IMG/VR virus record: IMGVR_UViG_3300025635_000061
Span: 1 to 39,321 of that record
Direction: 5' to 3' (one strand)
Length of the DNA: 39,321 nt
Source of the DNA: a virus
Taxonomy: Duplodnaviria > Caudoviricetes
In this document: one piece after another, positions 30,532 to 38,763 of the stretch
How the letters are laid out: the number at the start of each line of letters is the position of its first letter
Position numbering within the stretch: position 1 is the stretch's first letter
Position numbers and translations under genes: made by a program
Notes under the pieces: model-generated
The model's input: only the letters and a program-made list of their open reading frames with translations
The model's database searches: none
What the model was told of the DNA's origin: nothing

Positions 30532-30912
30532 ATGGCACATTTTGCAAAACTTGGGATTGACAATGTAGTATTAGAAGTATTGGTTGTCAACAATGTAGAT
30601 TGCATGACTCCGCAAGGAGAAGAAAAAGAAGAAATTGGTATCGAGTTTCTTAAAAAATTAACAGGACATGAGTCTTGGAAACAAACATCTTATAACGGTA
30701 ATTTCCGTAAGAGATATGCAGGTCATGGTTACACTTATAATAGTGAACTAGACGCATTTGTTCCACCAAAACCATATCCTTCTTGGACGTTGGATAATGA
30801 AACTGCTGGATGGAATCCACCAACACCTATGCCAACAAGGGAAGGTAAAATACAAACTTGGAATGAATCTACATTATCTTGGGACGAATCAGATTACACA
30901 CCACCAGTATAA
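30532..30912 (+). CDS. MAHFA-family small protein
   Basis: AGGAG SD; MAHFAKL..DNVV..V.VV.N...WKQTSYN.NFRKRYAG.G.TY...LDAFVPPKPYPSW. Confidence 0.75.
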   Translation: MAHFAKLGIDNVVLEVLVVNNVDCMTPQGEEKEEIGIEFLKKLTGHESWKQTSYNGNFRKRYAGHGYTYNSELDAFVPPKPYPSWTLDNETAGWNPPTPMPTREGKIQTWNESTLSWDESDYTPPV

Positions 30913-30914
30913 AA

Positions 30915-32033
30915 ATGTCAAAAGCCTACGATAACGCAAAAGAATTAAATTTCATAAACTATATTCCTGGTAATAATAGTTTAAACTTTAGTGCCACAGT
31001 AATTGGTAACGGTGCTCCTATTGTTGATGCAACCGCAGGAGTGTATGCTAATGGTGCTTTTGCACAAGCAAACGCTGCGTTTAGTAGTGCAAATAATGTA
31101 GCTCCACAAATACAACCTGCGTTTAGTACAGCAAACTCTGCTGCATTATATGCTAACGGTGCTTTTATAAAAGCAAACTCTGCTGCATTGTATGACGCAA
31201 ATACAACATCAACTGGATATTTTGCATTACCTACTGGAAGTATAGCTCAAAGGCCGTCAAATGTTGCTAATGGAGCAATGAGACTGAACACTCAAACGGG
31301 AATTTTAGAAATTGGATATCTTGGTTCATGGGCTAATACTGTATCTGTTGGTTTGGGTGCTTCTGCTGCAAGTGCTGCTTCTTCTGCGGCAGCAATTAAA
31401 CTTGGAACAGGAACTAGTATTGATGGTTTTTATTGGATTAATTTACCAACAGTAGGACCAACACAAGTCTATTGTGACATGAATACTAATGGTGGTGGGT
31501 GGATGTTAGCTGCAAAAGTTTATAATAATAGTACAAAATGGAATGGTTACGATTCTACTGATTGGACGACTATTGGTGTATTTAATGAAACTGAAAGTCC
31601 TGGGTATGCTGGGCATATAAAAACTCACGTTTATAACTATTTTCCAGCAACTGTTGGACAAAGATTGTGTTATAACTTATTAACAAATAATTTATATGAA
31701 ACTTGGACTGCTTATACTATGTATGGATTAATGAATGCTTCAACACTAAATTCTGTAAATAATAGAGCTGCTTGGATTGCATGGGGAGTGGCTGCTGGAG
31801 TTAATTATAGTTTTGGTTCACAACCTAACTGTAATCAAGCAGGAACAAATAAAAACTATAGTTACGGTGCAAGAATCGGATTATCTATGAATAATGAAGG
31901 TGATTGTTCTTCTAATGATAGTTTTATTGGATTTGGTAGTAAAGGTCAGATATATGGAATAGGTTCATCAGATTGGAATAGTAATAGTTATTTAAATAGT
32001 GGTTATCAGATTGGATGGATTTGGGTAAAATGA
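30915..32033 (+). CDS. Fibre with shared anchor and fibrinogen-C/intelectin-like tip
   Basis: Start reassigned from 30879 to ATG 30915 (MSKAYDNAKEL matches 22836). LPTGSIAQRP joint; DGFYWI...QVYCDM.T.GGGWML...GWIWVK. Confidence 0.75.
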   Translation: MSKAYDNAKELNFINYIPGNNSLNFSATVIGNGAPIVDATAGVYANGAFAQANAAFSSANNVAPQIQPAFSTANSAALYANGAFIKANSAALYDANTTSTGYFALPTGSIAQRPSNVANGAMRLNTQTGILEIGYLGSWANTVSVGLGASAASAASSAAAIKLGTGTSIDGFYWINLPTVGPTQVYCDMNTNGGGWMLAAKVYNNSTKWNGYDSTDWTTIGVFNETESPGYAGHIKTHVYNYFPATVGQRLCYNLLTNNLYETWTAYTMYGLMNASTLNSVNNRAAWIAWGVAAGVNYSFGSQPNCNQAGTNKNYSYGARIGLSMNNEGDCSSNDSFIGFGSKGQIYGIGSSDWNSNSYLNSGYQIGWIWVK

Positions 32034-32329
32034 CAAGACAAACTAACGGAATAACACTTGAAGAAGAACAATATTATTTGCATTTAGAACAAAGAGTTCT
32101 TGATGGAATAATAAATCCATTAATGATACGTGAATATCAGGAAGGTATTTCTACAGACGTTCCTATATCTGATCCTGTTGCAATGAAAATTAGATATAGA
32201 ACATGTAAATTATGTCCAATGTTTGATAATGATTTAAAGAATTGTGAAAAATCTGTTCCTATTAGATTTATGCCATTAAGAGTTCAAGTTCAATCAGAAA
32301 CATGTCCTATGAATAAATGGGAAGAATAA
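32030..32329 (+). CDS. Small Cys-rich (CxxC...C...CP.NKW) protein, probable metal binder
   Basis: RYRTCKLCPMF...CEK...FM...CPMNKW. ATG 32030 overlaps the upstream TGA (ATGA). Confidence 0.6.
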   Translation: MTRQTNGITLEEEQYYLHLEQRVLDGIINPLMIREYQEGISTDVPISDPVAMKIRYRTCKLCPMFDNDLKNCEKSVPIRFMPLRVQVQSETCPMNKWEE

Positions 32330-33592
32330 ATGTCAAAAGCAGCTAATAACGCAACCGAATTAGATTTAATAAACTATATTCCATCGAATAATAGTATAAA
32401 CTTTACTGCCACAGTCATTGGTAATGGTTCTCCTATTGCAGATGCAACTGCTGGACAGTATGCAAACTCAGCATTTTTACAAGCTAATGCTGCATTTAGT
32501 TCTGCAAACAATGTAGCACCGCAAATACAACCTGCGTTCAGTACAGCAAACTCTGCTGCACTTTATGCTAATGGTGCGTTTGTAAGAGCAAATTTATCTG
32601 CACAATATGGTTCAAACACAACTTCAAATAGTTACTTTTCAATACCTATAGGAACAACTGCACAACGTCCTGCATCAGCAGCCAATGGTTCTATCAGATA
32701 CAACACCACATTAAACAGAATGGAAGCATATATGCCATCAGCTGGATGGTTAAGTATTGTTTCAGATTCTTATACAGTTAGTTATATACTTGTTGCTGGC
32801 GGAGGATGTGGTGGAGTCTGGCATGCAGGTGGTGGTGGTGGTGGCGGTGTTATTACAGGAACATCAGGTGCGTTAATCCCAGGTAGCGATTCTATCACTT
32901 TTACAATCGGCGGTGGTGGATCTACAACAGACACAACGACAAGAGGAACTAACGGCACAAATACAACAGCCATAATAAGTGGAACAAGTTATATTGCTCA
33001 GGGTGGTGGTGCAGGTGGTAACTATGATACTCAAGTTCCATTAGCTGGTGGATCAGGTGGTGGTGGTAACGGTGCAGCTGCACCATTTGGTATTGGACAA
33101 AGTGGTGTACCAGGTCAAGGATATCCTGGAGGAAATGGTGTTAATGGTCACGCTGGTGGAGGTGGAGGTGGTGCTGGAGGTGCTGGTGAAGCTGCTCCAT
33201 CGTCAACTATAGCAGGTGACGGTGGTTCTGGATATACTTGGATAAATGGACAGACATATGGCGGTGGTGGAGGTGGAGGAAGTTGGCCAGGAACAAATCT
33301 TTCTGACGCTGGTACTGGCGGTACTGGTGGTGGCGGTAGAGGAAGTTATAACTCTAATGGTGATGTTACTGTTTATGGTCCAAGAACTGGAACTGTTAAT
33401 ACAGGTGGTGGAGGAGGTGGTAGTGGAGCACAAGGTGGTGCAGGTGGAAATAGAGCCGCATATGTTACTGGTGGTTCAGGAGTTGCGATTGTTGCTTACT
33501 TAGGATCGCAAAGAGGTACTGGTGGAACAGTAACATCATCAGGTGGTTATACTTATCATACGTTTACTGGTTCAGGAACATACACAGCATAA
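32330..33592 (+). CDS. Fibre with shared anchor, heptad stalk, joint and glycine-rich tip
   Basis: MSKAANNATELDLINYIPSNNSINF; IPIGTTAQRP; EAYMPSAGW as in 18906; YHTFTGSGTY end. Confidence 0.75.
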   Translation: MSKAANNATELDLINYIPSNNSINFTATVIGNGSPIADATAGQYANSAFLQANAAFSSANNVAPQIQPAFSTANSAALYANGAFVRANLSAQYGSNTTSNSYFSIPIGTTAQRPASAANGSIRYNTTLNRMEAYMPSAGWLSIVSDSYTVSYILVAGGGCGGVWHAGGGGGGGVITGTSGALIPGSDSITFTIGGGGSTTDTTTRGTNGTNTTAIISGTSYIAQGGGAGGNYDTQVPLAGGSGGGGNGAAAPFGIGQSGVPGQGYPGGNGVNGHAGGGGGGAGGAGEAAPSSTIAGDGGSGYTWINGQTYGGGGGGGSWPGTNLSDAGTGGTGGGGRGSYNSNGDVTVYGPRTGTVNTGGGGGGSGAQGGAGGNRAAYVTGGSGVAIVAYLGSQRGTGGTVTSSGGYTYHTFTGSGTYTA

Positions 33593-33600
33593 ATAGACGA
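33588..33600 (+). promoter_or_regulatory. Putative late promoter for g13
   Basis: CATAAATAGACGA overlapping the upstream stop. Same TAAATAGACGA core as at 5707 and 38713. Confidence 0.7.
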
Positions 33601-33602
33601 CT

Positions 33603-34556
33603 ATGGCACATCCAAAAACAAGAACACAATTTAAAGAATATTGCCTTCGTCAGTTAGGGTTTCCTGTTATCGACATCAACGTAGATGACGATCAGGTAGA
33701 AGATCGTATCGATGAAGCACTAGAGTATTGGAATGATTACCACTTTGATGGTACTGAAAAATCATACTTCAAACATCGAATACAACAAGCAGACATTGAT
33801 CGTGGATGGATTTACTGTCCAGATTCAGTTATATTTGTAACTGGTGTTCTACCGTTTGATGAATCTAATTCGTCAATCAATATGTTTGACTTACGTTACC
33901 AACTACGTTTACATGATCTCTATGATTTCACATCGGTATCGTATGTGTCATATGAAATCACAATGCAACACCTTCGTACATTGAATCTATTATTCTCTGG
34001 TACACCACAGTTCAGATTCAATCGTCATCACAATAAACTATACTTAGATATTGACTGGACAAGAGATTTAGATGTTGGTCAGTATGTTGTTATGGAATGT
34101 TACCGTAGAGTTGAACCAGAAGTTATTACATTGACTGGTACTGTAACTGGTAACACAACCTCAAATACAATCATTGGTACAAGCACAAAGTTTGACCAAG
34201 AGGTAATGGAAAAAGATTTTATTAACATTGGTGATGAATCAAGACAAGTAATGAAAATTATTTCTCCTACTGAATTGATTACTACTGGTCCACATGGTTC
34301 TAATACATCTGGAATGACTGTTACTATTGAAGGTAACTCAGATGTTTGGAATGATCGTTTTCTAAAAGAATATGCTACCGCATTGATTAAACGTCAATGG
34401 GGTAACAACCTTAAAAAGTTTGGTGGAATTCAAATGCCAGGTGGTGTTACACTAAATGGTAAAGAAATTTATGATGAAGCAATACAAGAAATTAAAGACA
34501 TGCAGGAACAGATGCACTCACTCAATATCCTCCCTGGCGATATGTTCATAGGATAA
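33603..34556 (+). CDS. g13: Neck protein gp13
   Basis: YCLRQLGFPVIDINVDDDQVEDRIDEAL..YHFDG...FLKEYATALIKRQWG.NL.KF.G.QMPGGVTLNG; T4 synteny. Confidence 0.93.
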   Translation: MAHPKTRTQFKEYCLRQLGFPVIDINVDDDQVEDRIDEALEYWNDYHFDGTEKSYFKHRIQQADIDRGWIYCPDSVIFVTGVLPFDESNSSINMFDLRYQLRLHDLYDFTSVSYVSYEITMQHLRTLNLLFSGTPQFRFNRHHNKLYLDIDWTRDLDVGQYVVMECYRRVEPEVITLTGTVTGNTTSNTIIGTSTKFDQEVMEKDFINIGDESRQVMKIISPTELITTGPHGSNTSGMTVTIEGNSDVWNDRFLKEYATALIKRQWGNNLKKFGGIQMPGGVTLNGKEIYDEAIQEIKDMQEQMHSLNILPGDMFIG

Positions 34557-34562
34557 TGATGA

Positions 34563-35474
34563 ATGTCAACAAACTTCTACTTCAATAATTTTCCCAAAGA
34601 TCACATAACTCAAGAGCAGTTGCTCATTGAGGATCTAGTCATAGAGGCTATGCAAATCTATGGCATGGACGTCTTTTATCTTCCAAGAACCAGTCGAGAT
34701 AAAGTAGATACAATCTACGGTGAGGACACATTAAAACAATATATTAATGCATACCCGATTGAAATGTATCTTGAGAATGTTACAGGTATGGATGGTGAAC
34801 AAGATTTTATGTCCAAGTTTGGTCTTGAGATTCGTGATGAATTATCTTTACTTGTTTCTCGCCGTAGATTTAAATACTCAACAGGTGCATCTAATCTAAT
34901 TAGACCACGTGAAGGTGATCTAGTTTATATTCCACTAATGCAGAATTTCTTTGAGATTACATTCGTGGAACATGAAAACGATCAGGCAATGTTCTATACG
35001 TTAGGACGTGGACGTGGTGGTAATGTTTATGTGTATGCATTAAAACTTAAACAGTTCGTATTCTCAGATGAGATTATAGAAACTGGAGTTACAGAAGTTG
35101 ATGAACAAGTGTTTGATTTGTATAGAAGAACACATATTCCATATGCTGAAACTGGTAACAATATTAGATACAGATTAACTGAAATTGTTTATCAAGGTCC
35201 TGATCTTGCAAACGCAACTGCACAAGGTATAGTTCATTCTGTTAATACTACAGGTAATAACTATTTGGAACTTGTTCGTGTTCAAGGAAACTTTGCAAAC
35301 GGAACTATTATAATTGGTGAAACAAGTAATGCACGTTATCAAATGATTGGAACTATAGACGACATGACACCATTTGATACACAAACAGAAGATTTGATTG
35401 ATAACAATGCTATTGAGTTTGAATCAGATGATATCATTGATTTTACTGAAGTTAATCCATTTGGTGAACCATAA
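34563..35474 (+). CDS. g14: Neck protein gp14
   Basis: EQLLIEDLVIEA...G.DV.YLPR...MSKFGLEIRDE...RPREGDLVYIP...FEI.FVE...FY.LG...NPFG. Confidence 0.93.
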   Translation: MSTNFYFNNFPKDHITQEQLLIEDLVIEAMQIYGMDVFYLPRTSRDKVDTIYGEDTLKQYINAYPIEMYLENVTGMDGEQDFMSKFGLEIRDELSLLVSRRRFKYSTGASNLIRPREGDLVYIPLMQNFFEITFVEHENDQAMFYTLGRGRGGNVYVYALKLKQFVFSDEIIETGVTEVDEQVFDLYRRTHIPYAETGNNIRYRLTEIVYQGPDLANATAQGIVHSVNTTGNNYLELVRVQGNFANGTIIIGETSNARYQMIGTIDDMTPFDTQTEDLIDNNAIEFESDDIIDFTEVNPFGEP

Positions 35475-36238
35475 TGTTAGGTAACGCACACTTTTATAAT
35501 CGTACTATTCGCAAAATTGTTATTGCGATGGGTACAGTTTTAAACGACATTCAATTAGTAAGATATACTAAAGATGGTCTGACTGCAAAAGAAAAGTTTA
35601 AAGTACCTTTGTCATATGGTGCAAAAGAAAAATATATTGTCCGTATTAATTCAGATCCAACACTAACAAAATCAGTTAATGTTGTTGTACCACGTATTTC
35701 ATTTGAACTTACTGGTATGAGTTACGATTCTTCTCGTAAACAACAAACAACATTAATGAATTGTTCTACTGATACTAATACATCTTCAAAGACACAATAT
35801 CTTCCAGTACCTTATGATTTTACGTTTGATGCTGCAATTTATGTACGTAATACAGAAGATGGTACACAAATACTAGAACAGATTCTACCTTTCTTTACAC
35901 CAGACTTTACTGTAACTGCAAAATTAATACCTGACTTAAATCGTTCATACGATTTACCTATTATTTTAAATTCAGTTTCAAATGAAGTAGATTATGAAGG
36001 TGACTTTATGACTACTCGTTTAATTATTTGGAACTTGTCATTTACAATAAAAGGTTACATATTCCCAGGAGTAAAAGATTCCAAGATTATTCGTGGTGCA
36101 AATACAAGTATTATTGACTCTGCAAATTCATCACAAGTTTATGTGAATATTAATACACAAACCGATCCTGCAAACGCTGCTCCTGATGATGAGTTTGGAT
36201 TTGCAGAAATTATAACTGAGGCTCCAGATGCATCATGA
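35474..36238 (+). CDS. g15: Tail sheath stabiliser/completion protein gp15
   Basis: HFYN.TIRK...G..LN.I...VPLSYG.KEK...PRISFE...YD..RK...PVPY...QILEQILPFF.P. Confidence 0.93.
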   Translation: MLGNAHFYNRTIRKIVIAMGTVLNDIQLVRYTKDGLTAKEKFKVPLSYGAKEKYIVRINSDPTLTKSVNVVVPRISFELTGMSYDSSRKQQTTLMNCSTDTNTSSKTQYLPVPYDFTFDAAIYVRNTEDGTQILEQILPFFTPDFTVTAKLIPDLNRSYDLPIILNSVSNEVDYEGDFMTTRLIIWNLSFTIKGYIFPGVKDSKIIRGANTSIIDSANSSQVYVNINTQTDPANAAPDDEFGFAEIITEAPDAS

Positions 36239-36639
36239 AAAAACTAGATCAAAACTTATCTGATGTTTTTGACATTGAACCACTAGATTCGGTTCAAGTA
36301 AGTCAAGAAATCGTTCCAATAAATAATCCAGTAGTTACGGATGATGCAGACTTTGCCAGAAAAAATATTAGGGAACTAATAAGTACAGGTAATTCTGCAT
36401 TGAATAATCTTTTGACTGTTGCAAAAGAATCCGAAGCACCTAGAGCATATGAAGTTGCGGCAACATTAATTAAGAATCTCTCAGATTTAAATAAAGATTT
36501 GATGGAGGTTCAAAAACGCAAACAAGACTTGACAGGTGAATCTACAAAGAATAAAAATATAAATGTAGACAAGGCAGTCTTTGTTGGTTCTACTACCGAA
36601 TTAGTTAAATTTTTAAAAAATAATAAACAGGAAACCTAA
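36235..36639 (+). CDS. g16: Terminase small subunit gp16
   Basis: DD.DFARKN...A.ESEAPRAYEVAA.LIK...A.FVGSTTEL. Confidence 0.9.
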   Translation: MKKLDQNLSDVFDIEPLDSVQVSQEIVPINNPVVTDDADFARKNIRELISTGNSALNNLLTVAKESEAPRAYEVAATLIKNLSDLNKDLMEVQKRKQDLTGESTKNKNINVDKAVFVGSTTELVKFLKNNKQET

Positions 36640-37076
36640 TGGAAACATTAATTCAACAATTACGTACTATCCTAGGTACAAATTTTGGTTTGTATTTCAA
36701 AGCACATTCATTTCATTGGAATGTTGAAGGTGCAAACTTCAATGACTATCATGCATTTCTAGGAGCATTTTATAATGCTGTTTGGGCAAACACAGATTTC
36801 ATTGCAGAAAAACTTCGTATGTTAGGTGTGTATGCACCACCTTCAATGGCACGTATGCTAGAATACTGTGACATAAGTACAGATGCAGTTACAATTCCAG
36901 ATGCACGTATGATGTTTATGGAATTAAAAGTAGATAACGACAGATTTATAACACACATTCGTGCAGGTATTGCTGCAGCAGATGGTGCAAACGAACCTGC
37001 AATTTCTAACTTTTTACAAGACCTTTTAGATCAACACCAAAAACATGCATGGATGATTAGTAGTATTATAAAATAA
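36639..37076 (+). CDS. dps: Dps-like DNA-protecting mini-ferritin
   Basis: LYFKAHSFHWNVEG.NF..YH...Y...D.IAE..R.LG...H.KHAWM; Dps ferroxidase H/H/D/E residues are present. Confidence 0.88.
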   Translation: METLIQQLRTILGTNFGLYFKAHSFHWNVEGANFNDYHAFLGAFYNAVWANTDFIAEKLRMLGVYAPPSMARMLEYCDISTDAVTIPDARMMFMELKVDNDRFITHIRAGIAAADGANEPAISNFLQDLLDQHQKHAWMISSIIK

Positions 37077-38707
37077 TGAATGACGGATATCTTGGTAATG
37101 AACGACTAAAACGTGTAGGGGTAGAACTCTCCTACACGGAAGAACAAGTAGCAGAAATTTTAAAGTGTACGGAAGATCCAGTATACTTTATTAAGACTTA
37201 CGTTAAGATTGTAAACGTGGATCATGGTCTTGTTCCATTTAACATGTGGAACTTTCAAGAGGACATGGTTCGTGATTTCCACAGCAATCGTTTCTGCATC
37301 GCAAAGATGCCACGACAGGTTGGTAAGACAACAACTACAGTCGGTTATATGTTATGGTGTGTACTTTTCCAAGAAGAATATACTGTAGGTATTCTTGCAA
37401 ACAAAGGACAGTTGGCGCAAGACATTCTTGGAAAGATACAGAAGGCATATGAATATCTTCCTATCTGGTTACAACAAGGTATTATTACTTGGAACAAACG
37501 ATCACTAGAACTTGAGAATGGTTCAAAGATATTTGCGTATGCAACATCAGCTGCAGGTGTTCGAGGTGGTACATATAACTTAATCTTCCTTGATGAGTTT
37601 GCGTTCGTTCCACATAACATGGCAACTGAATTCTTTACGTCAACGTATCCTGTTATCTCGTCTGGTAAAACGTCTAAAGTAATTATTGTTTCAACTCCAA
37701 ACGGATTGAATCTATTCTACAAGATGTGGAAAGATGCAACAGAAGGACGTTCAAACTATAAGACAATTGAAGTCCACTGGTCACAAGTCCCAGGTAGAGA
37801 CTTTGCATGGAAAGAAGAAACAATACGGAACACTTCAGAAGAACAGTTCCGACAAGAATTTGAGACAGAGTTTATTGGTTCAACTGCAACTCTTATCTCT
37901 GGTTCTAAACTTAAAACTCTGGCATATTCGAATCCAATCGAAAGTCAAGAAGGTTTGGATATCTTTATTAGACCACAACCTAATAGAATGTATATTGCAT
38001 GTGTTGATCCATCAGAAGGTGTGGAACAAGATTATTCAACGATTAATGTATTAGATGTAACGGAGTCACCATATGTACAAGTTGCGAAGTATCGCAGCAA
38101 CAAAATACCACTATTATTTCTTCCTACAATCATCTATTCCTTGGCGAAAAAGTATAATGAAGCATTTGTATTGATTGAGACAAACAGTATTGGTAAACAA
38201 GTTGTAGATATTATGCACTACGACTTGGAATATGAGAACATTTATAAAGTAGAACATCATCACATCAAAGGTCAAAGTATCTCTGGTGGATTTAAACGTG
38301 CCGCAACATTTGGTGTTCGTACAACTAAATCAGTCAAAAAGATTGGTTGTGCAAACTTAAAAACACTAGTGGAAAATGATAAGTTGATTATTCACGACTT
38401 TGATACTATTGCGGAAATGAATACTTTCTCCCGTTATCTGGATACCTATCGAGCGGAAGAAGGAAATAATGACGACTTAGTTATGGGTCTAGTCTTATTT
38501 GCATGGTTGGCAGCACAAAGTTACTTCCGTGAATCAACAAATATTGACGTTAGAAAAATCATGTTAGAAGAAAATAACATGTTAGTAGATGAAGATTTGA
38601 CTCCTGTTGGAATCATAGACAACGGTTTACAACCCGAAGAATATGACGATGGACAGGACAAATGGCGTTATGCACAAAATTTGGGGTATCCAACATCAAG
38701 TTTATAA
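37076..38707 (+). CDS. g17: Terminase large subunit gp17
   Basis: YLGN..LKR start; Walker A PRQVGKTT; Walker B IFLDEFAF; STPNG; nuclease VDPSEG..DYS and DDLVM. Confidence 0.97.
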   Translation: MNDGYLGNERLKRVGVELSYTEEQVAEILKCTEDPVYFIKTYVKIVNVDHGLVPFNMWNFQEDMVRDFHSNRFCIAKMPRQVGKTTTTVGYMLWCVLFQEEYTVGILANKGQLAQDILGKIQKAYEYLPIWLQQGIITWNKRSLELENGSKIFAYATSAAGVRGGTYNLIFLDEFAFVPHNMATEFFTSTYPVISSGKTSKVIIVSTPNGLNLFYKMWKDATEGRSNYKTIEVHWSQVPGRDFAWKEETIRNTSEEQFRQEFETEFIGSTATLISGSKLKTLAYSNPIESQEGLDIFIRPQPNRMYIACVDPSEGVEQDYSTINVLDVTESPYVQVAKYRSNKIPLLFLPTIIYSLAKKYNEAFVLIETNSIGKQVVDIMHYDLEYENIYKVEHHHIKGQSISGGFKRAATFGVRTTKSVKKIGCANLKTLVENDKLIIHDFDTIAEMNTFSRYLDTYRAEEGNNDDLVMGLVLFAWLAAQSYFRESTNIDVRKIMLEENNMLVDEDLTPVGIIDNGLQPEEYDDGQDKWRYAQNLGYPTSSL

Positions 38708-38710
38708 AAA

Positions 38711-38727
38711 ACTAAATAGACGATAAA
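38711..38727 (+). promoter_or_regulatory. Putative late promoter for g18
   Basis: ACTAAATAGACGATAAA, identical over 17 bp to 5705-5721. AAGGAG SD at 38751-38756. Confidence 0.75.
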
Positions 38728-38763
38728 GAAAAAATTTGATCCCTCAACTAAAGGAGAAATCCA

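Noticed and set aside
30879-30914. N-terminal extension of the ORF at 30879
   Set aside because: It overlaps the upstream gene, and paralogy with 22836 places the start at ATG 30915
14232-33592. Diversity-generating retroelement or invertase shufflon acting on the tips
   Set aside because: No reverse transcriptase or recombinase, no TR/VR pair differing only at adenines, and no inverted cassettes were seen in the window
6269-37076. Iron-loaded HxH fibre tips linked to Dps
   Set aside because: Only isolated HxH motifs (HAH, HTH) occur, not the repeated series seen in T4 gp37 tips
1825-38054. Minus-strand and alternate-frame short ORFs in the track (e.g. 7111..7623, 10166..10549, 25425..25739, 37734..38054)
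   Set aside because: They are shadows of long + strand genes. Their Pro/His/Val/Met-rich sequences follow from the Gly and Ala-Asn codon repeats.
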